Part shown: positions 7,255-15,287 of the stretch, in pieces | Position numbering within the stretch: position 1 is the first letter of the stretch | Layout: every line of letters begins with the position of its first letter | Source: a virus | Direction: 5' to 3' (one strand) | DNA length: 43,215 nt | Virus genome (UHGV): UHGV-0324072 | Translations under genes and position numbers: made by a program | The notes under the pieces: model-generated | What the model saw: only the letters and a program-made list of their open reading frames with translations | Told to the model about the DNA's origin: nothing | The model's database searches: none

Positions 7255-7691
7255 CTACTATCGCGTTTGACGGAAAGACAATGGCCTGTGATACCCGTGT
7301 TGTGTGCGGGAGTAACTGTTACAACACAGACACAAAGATATACGAGAACGAATTTGTTGTTATTGGGGCGGCTGGCGATGCAGGGGTTGGTATCCTTTTA
7401 GTGGAGGACGATAGTATTTTAGTGCCTAAGCACTACGATTTTGATTTCTCTGCCTTGGTGTGGGTTAAAGACATCGAAACGTTGTGTAGGGTGGAGTTCT
7501 ATAAATCTTGGGATTGTGCTCTTAGTTTGGTTATTCAGATTGCGGACAGCTTTTCCGCCGTTGGTTCAGGCGCCCCTTATGCCCTAGCGGCTATGGAATG
7601 TGGGTATTCGGCGCAAGGTGGTGTAGCAGTTGCATCGAAGTTCTACCCTGACACCGGCGGCAAGATTATTACCAAACAACTATTAGGATAA
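7251..7691 (+). CDS. HslV/proteasome-beta-like N-terminal nucleophile (Ntn) hydrolase (146 aa)
   Basis: N-terminus MTTIAF (Thr directly after Met) and AVGSGAPYALAAM resemble HslV TTIV and IGSGGPYAQAAA; ATGA coupling to upstream gene. Confidence 0.45.
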   Translation: MTTIAFDGKTMACDTRVVCGSNCYNTDTKIYENEFVVIGAAGDAGVGILLVEDDSILVPKHYDFDFSALVWVKDIETLCRVEFYKSWDCALSLVIQIADSFSAVGSGAPYALAAMECGYSAQGGVAVASKFYPDTGGKIITKQLLG

Positions 7692-7750
7692 TTCCTAACC
7701 GTGCTATCCTCCAGTTACTGCATACTTAATACGCACCTGGAGGGTTCATC

Positions 7751-8059
7751 TTGGATAAATTTACTGAAACAGTGACTGGGTGGCTTCTGGCAGCCGCACT
7801 AGCTGGTGGGGTAATCGGACTACGACAACATAAGTCCGCTATTTCCGGCCCTATCGACGGATTCTGCTTTATTGCAACTGGCTTCACTTGCGCCGTATTT
7901 GGCGCGCCTCTCGCCGCTCAATGGTTCGGTATTACCGGAGAGCGCGAGATAGCTGGCCTCGGATTCATCATCGCAATTCTCTGGATGCCCATCTATTCCC
8001 GTCTCTCCGGTATCGTCGCCGGAGAATACATCGCACGTCGAGGAGGCACAGATGAATGA
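7751..8059 (+). CDS. putative holin (three predicted transmembrane segments)
   Basis: TTG start 7 nt after GGAGGG; hydrophobic stretches GWLLAAALAGGVIGL, FCFIATGFTCAVFGAPLAA, IAGLGFIIAILWMPIY; sits upstream of endolysin. Confidence 0.45.
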   Translation: MDKFTETVTGWLLAAALAGGVIGLRQHKSAISGPIDGFCFIATGFTCAVFGAPLAAQWFGITGEREIAGLGFIIAILWMPIYSRLSGIVAGEYIARRGGTDE

Positions 8060-8324
8060 ATTATTCTGGTTCGGCGGTATGCTGGCAATCGGAGGCACAT
8101 CGCTGTTTAATGTATATCACCCCAGCGTGGATGACGGATTATTTGGCCGTGTGCTATATATCCTGACCGCTATTGTCTGCGCCGCAGGATGTATCCACCT
8201 GTTACAGGGCAGCATGTCTCCGACGCTGCCTGAGACATTAATCACATTAGTTGCGCTGCGCCAGATTCGTCAGACGTGGCTGTCATACGGAGGACATAAG
8301 CGTGTCTCGAAATATTTCAGATAA
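8052..8324 (+). CDS. membrane protein, putative second holin/antiholin (two transmembrane segments)
   Basis: ORF track; ATG overlaps end of holin gene. Confidence 0.4.
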   Translation: MNELFWFGGMLAIGGTSLFNVYHPSVDDGLFGRVLYILTAIVCAAGCIHLLQGSMSPTLPETLITLVALRQIRQTWLSYGGHKRVSKYFR

Positions 8325-8414
8325 TGGACTTACCGCAGATAAGCTGCGCGAGGTTTTACACTACGACCCCGATACCGGAGTTTTCGCGAACCATAAATTA
8401 CGGGAAGGTGCTTT

Positions 8415-8900
8415 ATGAGAAACATTAGCAACAATGGCATCAAATTCACCGCCGCGTTCGAGGGATTCCGCGGAACTGCGTATCGTGCTACGCCAAATGA
8501 GAAGTACCTGACTATTGGGTACGGTCATTATGGGCCAGACGTAACGCCAGGCAAGACCATCACCCCGGGACAAGGCCTCCTGTTACTGAATCGTGATATG
8601 GCTAAGGCCGTAGCTGCGGTTGACGCAGCAGCACACCATTCATTGACACAGGCACAGTTCGATGCAGTGTGCGACCTGGTATACAACGCAGGTGCTGGTG
8701 TGATTGCTGCTACTACCGGCACGGGTAAGGCACTGCGTTCTGGTGATATTGCAACGCTGCGGGCTAAGCTGACACTGTTCATCAACCAGAACGGCAGACC
8801 GTTACTTGGTCTGCGCCGCCGTACTGCCGGTCGTCTGGCGCTGTTCGACGGTAAACCGTGGCAAGAGGCAGAGGCTATCGGGCGCGCGGTGAAAGGTTGA
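8415..8900 (+). CDS. endolysin, GH24 phage lysozyme
   Basis: FEGFRGTAYRATPNEKYLTIGYGH catalytic Glu-Asp-Thr lysozyme motif; RBS GGAAGG. Confidence 0.85.
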   Translation: MRNISNNGIKFTAAFEGFRGTAYRATPNEKYLTIGYGHYGPDVTPGKTITPGQGLLLLNRDMAKAVAAVDAAAHHSLTQAQFDAVCDLVYNAGAGVIAATTGTGKALRSGDIATLRAKLTLFINQNGRPLLGLRRRTAGRLALFDGKPWQEAEAIGRAVKG

Positions 8901-8964
8901 CACCTGAGACTAATCCGACGATACTTAAATCACCTCCTGTTCCATACCTCTGCTCTCCAGTTTT

Positions 8965-8998
8965 ATCCCGGCCCTGACCCAGCCGGGATTTTTTTTAT
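8965..8998 (+). terminator. rho-independent terminator after endolysin
   Basis: TCCCGG...CCGGGA hairpin followed by TTTTTTTT. Confidence 0.65.
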
Positions 8999-9018
8999 CT
9001 ATTTTCTGCAATGACTAG

Positions 9019-9047
9019 TTGACTATTACCTACGACCCTATTATATT
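9019..9047 (+). promoter_or_regulatory. sigma70-like promoter TTGACT-N17-TATATT
   Basis: TTGACT 9019..9024, TATATT 9042..9047. Confidence 0.45.
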
Positions 9048-9080
9048 TACTCCATCGACAACGAGAACGGAGTAGAGAAG

Positions 9081-9278
9081 ATGAGTAACGTACAGACAAT
9101 CGCAATAACCGAGGAACTTGAAGCCAAATGTATCGCATCAGTTATAGGGAATGGTTCGGTGGAAAAACTACAGATGAGGGCCGCTGCGGGCTACATACGC
9201 AGGGCTAATAGTGCGATGAATGATTCCTTACGTAAACGTTACCTCATGAAAGCGTTAGAAATTCTGGAGAATAAGTAA
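9081..9278 (+). CDS. hypothetical protein (65 aa)
   Basis: ORF track. Confidence 0.45.
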   Translation: MSNVQTIAITEELEAKCIASVIGNGSVEKLQMRAAAGYIRRANSAMNDSLRKRYLMKALEILENK

Positions 9279-9427
9279 TGAAAATCACAGATATTGAGGC
9301 ATTCAAAGACGCACAACTGATGGCACGTATCGCCGTTAGTAACCTTAGCAACAGCATCCCGGCAGACGCGTTCTGGTTCGCTGCGATGCAGACACTTAAA
9401 GCAGCATATGCAGGAGAGAAGAAATGA
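9278..9427 (+). CDS. small hypothetical protein (49 aa)
   Basis: ATG overlaps upstream stop (TAATG) and downstream start (ATGA). Confidence 0.35.
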   Translation: MKITDIEAFKDAQLMARIAVSNLSNSIPADAFWFAAMQTLKAAYAGEKK

Positions 9428-9621
9428 AAGTTAAAGCAGCTAAAATTCTCTGGTTACCCGCCCTTGACTATGTCACAGAGGGTAAAGTGTATGATGTATA
9501 CAACCCGACAGCTACTGGTTTCGGTTATATAGACTCCGACGACGACTGCCATATTTTCATAGACTTTGGTAACGATGACGGTGATGGTTTCCACGGCGTT
9601 AAATGGGAGGTTGTAGAATGA
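9424..9621 (+). CDS. hypothetical protein (65 aa)
   Basis: ORF track. Confidence 0.45.
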   Translation: MKVKAAKILWLPALDYVTEGKVYDVYNPTATGFGYIDSDDDCHIFIDFGNDDGDGFHGVKWEVVE

Positions 9622-9776
9622 GCGAACAAGGTCAAGTAAGCCAACCACTACTGGTAGGCCGTAAAGTCAGCCACACCCCGTTCCCGACACGCGAGGAACT
9701 GATGAAACGTAACAGTTTCCCTGGGCCGGACAAGAACAAGTATCTCAATCGCATGTGGGGAGAGCGTAAAGTATGA
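9618..9776 (+). CDS. small hypothetical protein (52 aa)
   Basis: ATGA overlaps at both ends. Confidence 0.35.
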   Translation: MSEQGQVSQPLLVGRKVSHTPFPTREELMKRNSFPGPDKNKYLNRMWGERKV

Positions 9777-9997
9777 CTAATAACGAATATGAAAAAGCAT
9801 GCGTCGAATCCGCGACCGGTGAATCTGAAATAGCGTGGATTGACACCCACATCGAACACCACTTACGGCAGGTGGATAATCTTATGGAACGCCGCCGTGA
9901 GCTGATTAGCCGCTTCAACATGAACAAGGGGCGCGCTATTTCTGACGATTTCGATGGGGATTACCGAAATGGCGATTTTTATGAGGGAGCCGAATAA
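9773..9997 (+). CDS. hypothetical protein (74 aa)
   Basis: ORF track. Confidence 0.45.
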   Translation: MTNNEYEKACVESATGESEIAWIDTHIEHHLRQVDNLMERRRELISRFNMNKGRAISDDFDGDYRNGDFYEGAE

Positions 9998-10296
9998 TGC
10001 CTAAAATCACAATTGCATCGCTCGAGCGCCGTATTATGGTGCTTGAGTCGGAGAAACAGACGTTAGGCGGGCAACTGTCAATTAACGGTGAGTTTCAACT
10101 GGAGGCGTATAAAGAACTTCTAGAGGCGTTTAAAGAGCTACAAGCCATCGCGTCTGACATAGAAAATATGATTGGATTGTTGCAATCCGGGGAGTGGGCC
10201 GAACACTGCACTAAATCGGCGTTAGGAAAACGGCTTGAGACGGAGATTACTGACATGCTGAGTTGTCTTGTTGAGGCGCCAGATGAGCACGCCTGA
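9997..10296 (+). CDS. hypothetical protein (99 aa), coiled-coil-like
   Basis: ORF track. Confidence 0.45.
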   Translation: MPKITIASLERRIMVLESEKQTLGGQLSINGEFQLEAYKELLEAFKELQAIASDIENMIGLLQSGEWAEHCTKSALGKRLETEITDMLSCLVEAPDEHA

Positions 10297-10465
10297 GCCG
10301 GTAGTTATCGATGGCGTCCTGTGGAAACCTTACTCGGTTAACCACATCGACGCCGATGGGAAGAAGTTCAGTTTCTACATTTTTGCGATTAGCCGCGAGC
10401 ACGCTGCGTGTGTAGTAGACGATATACGAGAAACGGCGTGGCTTGGCGATGAGATAGTGGTGTGA
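10283..10465 (+). CDS. hypothetical protein (60 aa)
   Basis: ATG 10283 in frame of track ORF 10268..10465. Confidence 0.4.
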   Translation: MSTPEPVVIDGVLWKPYSVNHIDADGKKFSFYIFAISREHAACVVDDIRETAWLGDEIVV

Positions 10466-10552
10466 GAGCATGAGTCTTGAGGTTGTTATAAGTCTGGTTG
10501 GTCTTAGTTACTTCATTGGGCTATTGGTCGGTTTTCTGTGGGGTAGATACTA

Positions 10553-10723
10553 ATGTTCAGCGACATCAACGCAGCAATCGAAGAAGCAATCTGGCGCCGT
10601 TACAACGGCGAGCAACAGCGTCACTTCTGCCTGGTGCAACGTGGTAACATGGTCGCCGTGGTGCAGGACCGCGATAACAAATATCCGAATGCGATGTGGA
10701 CAACGAGGAATTTCTTAGGATGA
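10553..10723 (+). CDS. small hypothetical protein (56 aa)
   Basis: ATG 10553; plus-strand frame in gap between tracked ORFs; ATGA coupling to next gene. Confidence 0.35.
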   Translation: MFSDINAAIEEAIWRRYNGEQQRHFCLVQRGNMVAVVQDRDNKYPNAMWTTRNFLG

Positions 10724-10956
10724 TTACCAGCATTCCTAACCTGATTAAAGAATATGGCACGATGGCCGAGACATGCCGACAAACCGGCATCAACGAAATG
10801 ACTATTGCTAAGTACAGCAAAGATGTTAACTGCGATCGCCACGTAATTTTTAACAACCGTCTGATGACGCACGTTAAGACAAGCCCGGTGTTATTCACGC
10901 GCCGGGGTATCACTAAAACAGAGCAACGCATTGCTAAAGAGGAGAGTGGGGAATGA
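10720..10956 (+). CDS. hypothetical protein (78 aa)
   Basis: ATG 10720 in frame of track ORF 10696..10956. Confidence 0.4.
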   Translation: MITSIPNLIKEYGTMAETCRQTGINEMTIAKYSKDVNCDRHVIFNNRLMTHVKTSPVLFTRRGITKTEQRIAKEESGE

Positions 10957-10982
10957 GACTACTAGTCTTTCCGAATTCCTGG

Positions 10983-11010
10983 GCTATCGCCGTAGCTATC
11001 GCCGTAGCTA
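10983..11010. repeat. tandem direct repeat GCTATCGCCGTA x2 plus partial third copy
   Basis: copies at 10983..10994 and 10995..11006, then GCTA. Confidence 0.7.
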
Positions 11011-11070
11011 ACGACCATTACGGCGGCGACGGTAAACGAGCGCCACGCCACGGCCTATATAACTGATACA

Positions 11071-11094
11071 AGCCCTCTACGGAGGGCTTTTCTG
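11071..11094 (+). terminator. rho-independent terminator upstream of terminase genes
   Basis: AGCCCTC-tacg-GAGGGCT then TTTCTGT. Confidence 0.5.
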
Positions 11095-11187
11095 TACATC
11101 CCGCCCAATCCCCTTATATAATCCCTTTAGACGCGTAGGGCGCGTCTGGTGCGCTCTGATGGTCAGACGCATATGCAAGGGGATTCT

Positions 11188-11733
11188 ATGAAGCTGAAAC
11201 TTAAGCAGCCATCGCCAGAGGTGGTACAAGCTGCACATGAAGAAGCTGTTAGCGCAAACCGTCGCCGTAAACGACCGCGCGGTAAACAGAGCATTTATCA
11301 ATCATCCCGTAATTCCGCCGCGTTGTGGGACCCGGACTATTGCGATGCATTGATTCGTTTCTTCGACCGCACGTCGTGGGAGCTTGTGCCAACGTCTAAG
11401 GGTGACGAACGCCCACTGATTCAGGATAAACCACCGTCACTGGCCCGCTTCGCCTTACACATCGGAGTCACTATCCCGATTATTAAGCTTTGGCTGCGTG
11501 AGATTCCCGCATTTGCAGAAGCCTGGGAGACAGCACAGGCGCTGGAAGATGCTTATTTCACTGAGACAGGGGCCGCCGGTATCTCGGCTACGTTTGCTGC
11601 CGCTAAGCTGGGCCTCGGCAAAGAGAAACCAGTCGAATCCGCCGAAGAAACAGCACCGACTGAGATTATTTTCAGTGTTGCAGAGCCTGTAGGTAAAATC
11701 GTAACAACGAATATGGGCGAGGCAGAGGAATGA
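11188..11733 (+). CDS. putative terminase small subunit
   Basis: ATG 11188 (RBS AAGGGGA); basic N-terminal region; immediately upstream of and overlapping terL; called by position. Confidence 0.45.
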   Translation: MKLKLKQPSPEVVQAAHEEAVSANRRRKRPRGKQSIYQSSRNSAALWDPDYCDALIRFFDRTSWELVPTSKGDERPLIQDKPPSLARFALHIGVTIPIIKLWLREIPAFAEAWETAQALEDAYFTETGAAGISATFAAAKLGLGKEKPVESAEETAPTEIIFSVAEPVGKIVTTNMGEAEE

Positions 11734-12980
11734 GTATTCAGCTATCCGCACCACAGGCGCTGTTCCTGAATTGTGATAACAAGTACAAAGCTTATGTCGG
11801 TGGGTTCGGCAGCGGAAAGACATTCGTAGGCTGCCTTGACCTGCTTACGTTTATGCTCAAGCACCCTGGTACGCGCCTGGGCTACTTCGGCCCGACATAC
11901 CCGGCCATACGTGACATCTTCTACCCGACATTCGAGGAAGCGGCTAACCTCCTCGGCCTCGATGTGCTGGTTAAATCCGGCGACAAAGAGGTCGTTGTTA
12001 CGCGAGGCAAGACGGTGCTCGGTACGGTTATCTGCCGTTCAATGGATAACCCCGGCTCGATAGTTGGTTTCAAAATCGCTGCGGCGGTCGTGGATGAACT
12101 GGACGTATTGAGCCGTGAGAAAGCCGAGCTGGCGTGGAACAAAATCGTCGCCCGTATGCGTCTGGTTATCCCGGGCGTAATTAACCACATCTCCGTCACC
12201 ACGACACCGGAAGGGTTCAAGTTCGTCTACTCCAAGTTCAAGGAGAACCCGACACCGAGTTACTCTATGGTGCAGGCATCAACTCATGAGAATGCGAGGT
12301 TCCTGCCGCCGGATTACATTAGCTCGCTAACAGAGACTTACCCGGCGCAACTGATTAACGCGTATCTGAATGGTGAGTTCGTCAACCTGACATCCGGCAG
12401 CGTGTATTACGCCTATGACCGCCGTAAGCACCGCAGCAAAGAGACAATTCAACCAGGCGACACTTTGTACATCGGGCAGGACTTCAACGTTACGAAGAAC
12501 GCAAGCGCCGTGTATGTACAACGTAAAGACGGCTGGCACGCGGTAGCAGAACTGAAGGGCCTGTTCGATACGCCGGACACCGTGCGCGTAATCACCGAGA
12601 AATGGAAGTCGCAAGGCCACCGCATCGTCGTTTACCCCGACGCCAGCGGCAAGAACCGAAAAACCAACTCAGCGTCAATCTCTGATATTGCATTACTCCA
12701 GCAGGCTGGGTTCGATGTTCGCGCTAAATCAGCCAACCCCCCGGTTAAAGACCGTGTTTTAGCCGTGAATACCGCGCTGGAAAAAGGTAAGCTGTGGATT
12801 AACGACCACTTATGCCCTGAGATAGCGAAGACGCTGGAGCAGCAGGCATATGACGATAACGGAGAGCCAGCTAAAGACGGCATCATTGACCATATGGCAG
12901 ATGCGCTCGGCTATCCTGTAGTTTACGAGATGCCGGTGGTTAAACCCGTAATCAACATCCCGGTGACTTTCGCACTTTAA
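11730..12980 (+). CDS. terminase large subunit
   Basis: Walker A GGFGSGKT near N-terminus; 416 aa; ATGA overlap with upstream gene. Confidence 0.8.
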   Translation: MSIQLSAPQALFLNCDNKYKAYVGGFGSGKTFVGCLDLLTFMLKHPGTRLGYFGPTYPAIRDIFYPTFEEAANLLGLDVLVKSGDKEVVVTRGKTVLGTVICRSMDNPGSIVGFKIAAAVVDELDVLSREKAELAWNKIVARMRLVIPGVINHISVTTTPEGFKFVYSKFKENPTPSYSMVQASTHENARFLPPDYISSLTETYPAQLINAYLNGEFVNLTSGSVYYAYDRRKHRSKETIQPGDTLYIGQDFNVTKNASAVYVQRKDGWHAVAELKGLFDTPDTVRVITEKWKSQGHRIVVYPDASGKNRKTNSASISDIALLQQAGFDVRAKSANPPVKDRVLAVNTALEKGKLWINDHLCPEIAKTLEQQAYDDNGEPAKDGIIDHMADALGYPVVYEMPVVKPVINIPVTFAL

Positions 12981-12992
12981 GAGGATTATTCA

Positions 12993-14462
12993 ATGTTAAC
13001 TATGCACGGTCAGAATCAGGGTGTTAAGACAAAACACCGGGAATGGCTGCATCACTTCGATAAATGGCAGAAGGTGCGCCACGCACTGGAAGGCGACCTT
13101 ATTCGCTACCTCCGTAATGTAGGGAAGAACGAGCCAGACCCTACCTACGCAGCCCAGCGCCAGGAAGAATACGAGAACGGTGCTATCTGCTACAACTTCA
13201 CAAAACGTACCCTGGCCGGGATGGTGGGGTCGGTGATGCGCAAAGACCCTGAGCAGATTATCCCGCCTGAACTGGAGTACCTGTTACGCAATGCTGACGG
13301 TTCCGGTGTCGGGCTGTGGCAGCACGCGCAGGACACTTTGATGGAGATTGATTCTGTGGGTCGTGGCGGGTTGCTGGTGGACGCCCCGGAGACAGCCGCG
13401 GCAACGGCGGCAGAACAGAACGCGGGGTTATTAAACCCGGTCATAGCATTCTACACCGCTGAGAACATCATCAACTGGCGACTGACTCGCATCGGTTCTG
13501 TTAACCGTGTGACGATGGTTGTGTTGCGCGAGGTATGGGAATACTCGGAACCGGGCGCAGAGTTCGAAACAAAGTTCGGGGAACAGTATCGTGTTCTTGA
13601 CCTGATTGAGGGCCGCTACCGCCAGCGCATTTACCGCTTCGATGCCGAAGGTGGCGCTCAGGACGAAGTAATCGAAATCTTCCCGGAACTTGGCGAACAG
13701 TTACGCGGCAAAATCCCGTTCACATTCATCGGGGCAAGCAACAACGATGCGACCATCGACGATGCTCCTTTGCTGCCGTTGGCTGAGCTTAATATCGGGC
13801 ATTTCCGCAACAGCGCGGACAATGAGGAGTCGAGCTTCGTTGTAGGCCAGCCCACGCTGTTTATCGCCCCCGGCGAGAACATGAGCATGGAACAGTGGAA
13901 AGAGGCCAACCCTCACGGTGTGCGCATGGGGTCGCGCTCAGGCCATAACATCGGTTACGGAGGTAATGCGTTTCTTGTCCAGGCGGGGGAGAATAACCTT
14001 GCCAAGCAGAACATGCTGGATAAAGAGAATCAGGCAATCCAGATTGGCGCACAGCTTATCACCCCGACGCAGCAAATCACCGCAGAATCGGCCCGCCTGC
14101 AACGCGGCGCTGATACTTCAGTTATGGCGACAATCGCGCGTAACGTAAGCATGGCGTATACAGACGCGTTGCTCTGGGTAGCTGCGATGCTCGGATTGCG
14201 TGAAGGCACAGAGGTTGATTTCAAACTGAATATGGAGTTCTTCCTGCAACCGATGACCGCTCAGGACCGTGCACAGTGGATGGCGGACATTAACGCCGGT
14301 TTGCTACCCGCCACTGCTTACTATGCTGCGTTGCGTAAGGCGGGTGTAACTGACTGGACTGACGAGGATATTCAGAACGCTATCGAGGATGCGCCTCTGC
14401 CGTTAGGTGCTGTTACTCAGGTGGCAGGGGAGATTCCGCAGTCGGTGCAGCAGCAGGAGTAA
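12993..14462 (+). CDS. portal protein
   Basis: 489-aa ORF directly after terL; RBS AAGAGGA; called by position and size. Confidence 0.65.
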   Translation: MLTMHGQNQGVKTKHREWLHHFDKWQKVRHALEGDLIRYLRNVGKNEPDPTYAAQRQEEYENGAICYNFTKRTLAGMVGSVMRKDPEQIIPPELEYLLRNADGSGVGLWQHAQDTLMEIDSVGRGGLLVDAPETAAATAAEQNAGLLNPVIAFYTAENIINWRLTRIGSVNRVTMVVLREVWEYSEPGAEFETKFGEQYRVLDLIEGRYRQRIYRFDAEGGAQDEVIEIFPELGEQLRGKIPFTFIGASNNDATIDDAPLLPLAELNIGHFRNSADNEESSFVVGQPTLFIAPGENMSMEQWKEANPHGVRMGSRSGHNIGYGGNAFLVQAGENNLAKQNMLDKENQAIQIGAQLITPTQQITAESARLQRGADTSVMATIARNVSMAYTDALLWVAAMLGLREGTEVDFKLNMEFFLQPMTAQDRAQWMADINAGLLPATAYYAALRKAGVTDWTDEDIQNAIEDAPLPLGAVTQVAGEIPQSVQQQE

Positions 14463-14467
14463 AGAAA

Positions 14468-14487
14468 AAGGCCCCGCTAGGGGCCTT
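14468..14487. terminator. bidirectional hairpin terminator AAGGCCCC-gcta-GGGGCCTT
   Basis: perfect 8-bp GC-rich stem between convergent genes. Confidence 0.6.
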
Positions 14488-14491
14488 AGCT

Positions 14492-15145
14492 TTAACGTAT
14501 ATTAGCCGCACATTTACGCACAACCCGAGGTATCGCCTCTTTCAGTTCACCCCATGTATTAACGGCCTCCATGTCAAGAAGTGTCACCAGAGCTTTCTGG
14601 ATGTCACTTCGCAACTGATTGGTCTTCGCATCCTGAGAGTCCCATGTATCGAAACCCGTTACGTCGCGGATATCTACGGATTCCTTTACCGCTTTAGCCA
14701 CCTGTATGAAGTGTCCACTGTGGCCAATTCTTCCCTCCGTGCGCTCAATCATTCGACTAACGGCAGCGTTAAGCTCGACAAAGCTCACCGCGCCAATGTT
14801 TCGTAGTTCTACCTGCCGTTGTGTGATAAAGCGGTCGATAACGAGGAAATGGAAATAGGCGCTGTATTGCTCAGCAATATATACTGCCAGATGGAGACAT
14901 GCAAAGGTGCGACCGTTTCGGCCTTTCGTCGCCCTTATGGCATTCTCGATTCCGAGTTGTTTTTCGCATTCCTCCTTGAAAATCTTGAAGCCATCCGTTG
15001 CCATGACCTGGCGAAGCTCTCTTGCCCCCATGCCGTTGTCTAAACGCCAACGGTTCATCTGGTCAACCAGCTCGTTTACGTTAATAAAGTTTTCACGGTC
15101 AAAAGTGATTTCTCCATAAGGGAACTCTAATGTTTGCAGTTTCAT
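14492..15145 (-). CDS. KilA-N domain protein (217 aa), reverse-oriented insertion
   Basis: KGRNGRTFACLHLAVYIAEQYSAYFHFLVIDRF resembles the KilA-N core; ATG 15145 with AGGAG RBS. Confidence 0.5.
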   Translation of the reverse strand: MKLQTLEFPYGEITFDRENFINVNELVDQMNRWRLDNGMGARELRQVMATDGFKIFKEECEKQLGIENAIRATKGRNGRTFACLHLAVYIAEQYSAYFHFLVIDRFITQRQVELRNIGAVSFVELNAAVSRMIERTEGRIGHSGHFIQVAKAVKESVDIRDVTGFDTWDSQDAKTNQLRSDIQKALVTLLDMEAVNTWGELKEAIPRVVRKCAANIR

Positions 15146-15172
15146 GCGTATTTCTCCTGTTTAAGTGTACGT

Positions 15173-15202
15173 TTAAATTCTACATTTGAATGTAGAATTT
15201 AA
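15173..15202. promoter_or_regulatory. perfect 13-bp-arm palindrome (candidate operator) upstream of KilA-N gene
   Basis: TTAAATTCTACAT-ttga-ATGTAGAATTTAA; overlaps candidate minus-strand promoter TTGATT-N18-TAGAAT (15177..15206). Confidence 0.5.
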
Positions 15203-15287
15203 TCAAGCTCTTTTTAACCTTAAATGTGTATGATTATGCCAATACGTTACCGACTGATATGATTGTCATATCGAAACAGGAGGGTAT

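Noticed and set aside
8324-8428. 34-codon ORF between antiholin and endolysin
   Set aside because: Overlaps the endolysin RBS and start in another frame with no convincing RBS of its own.
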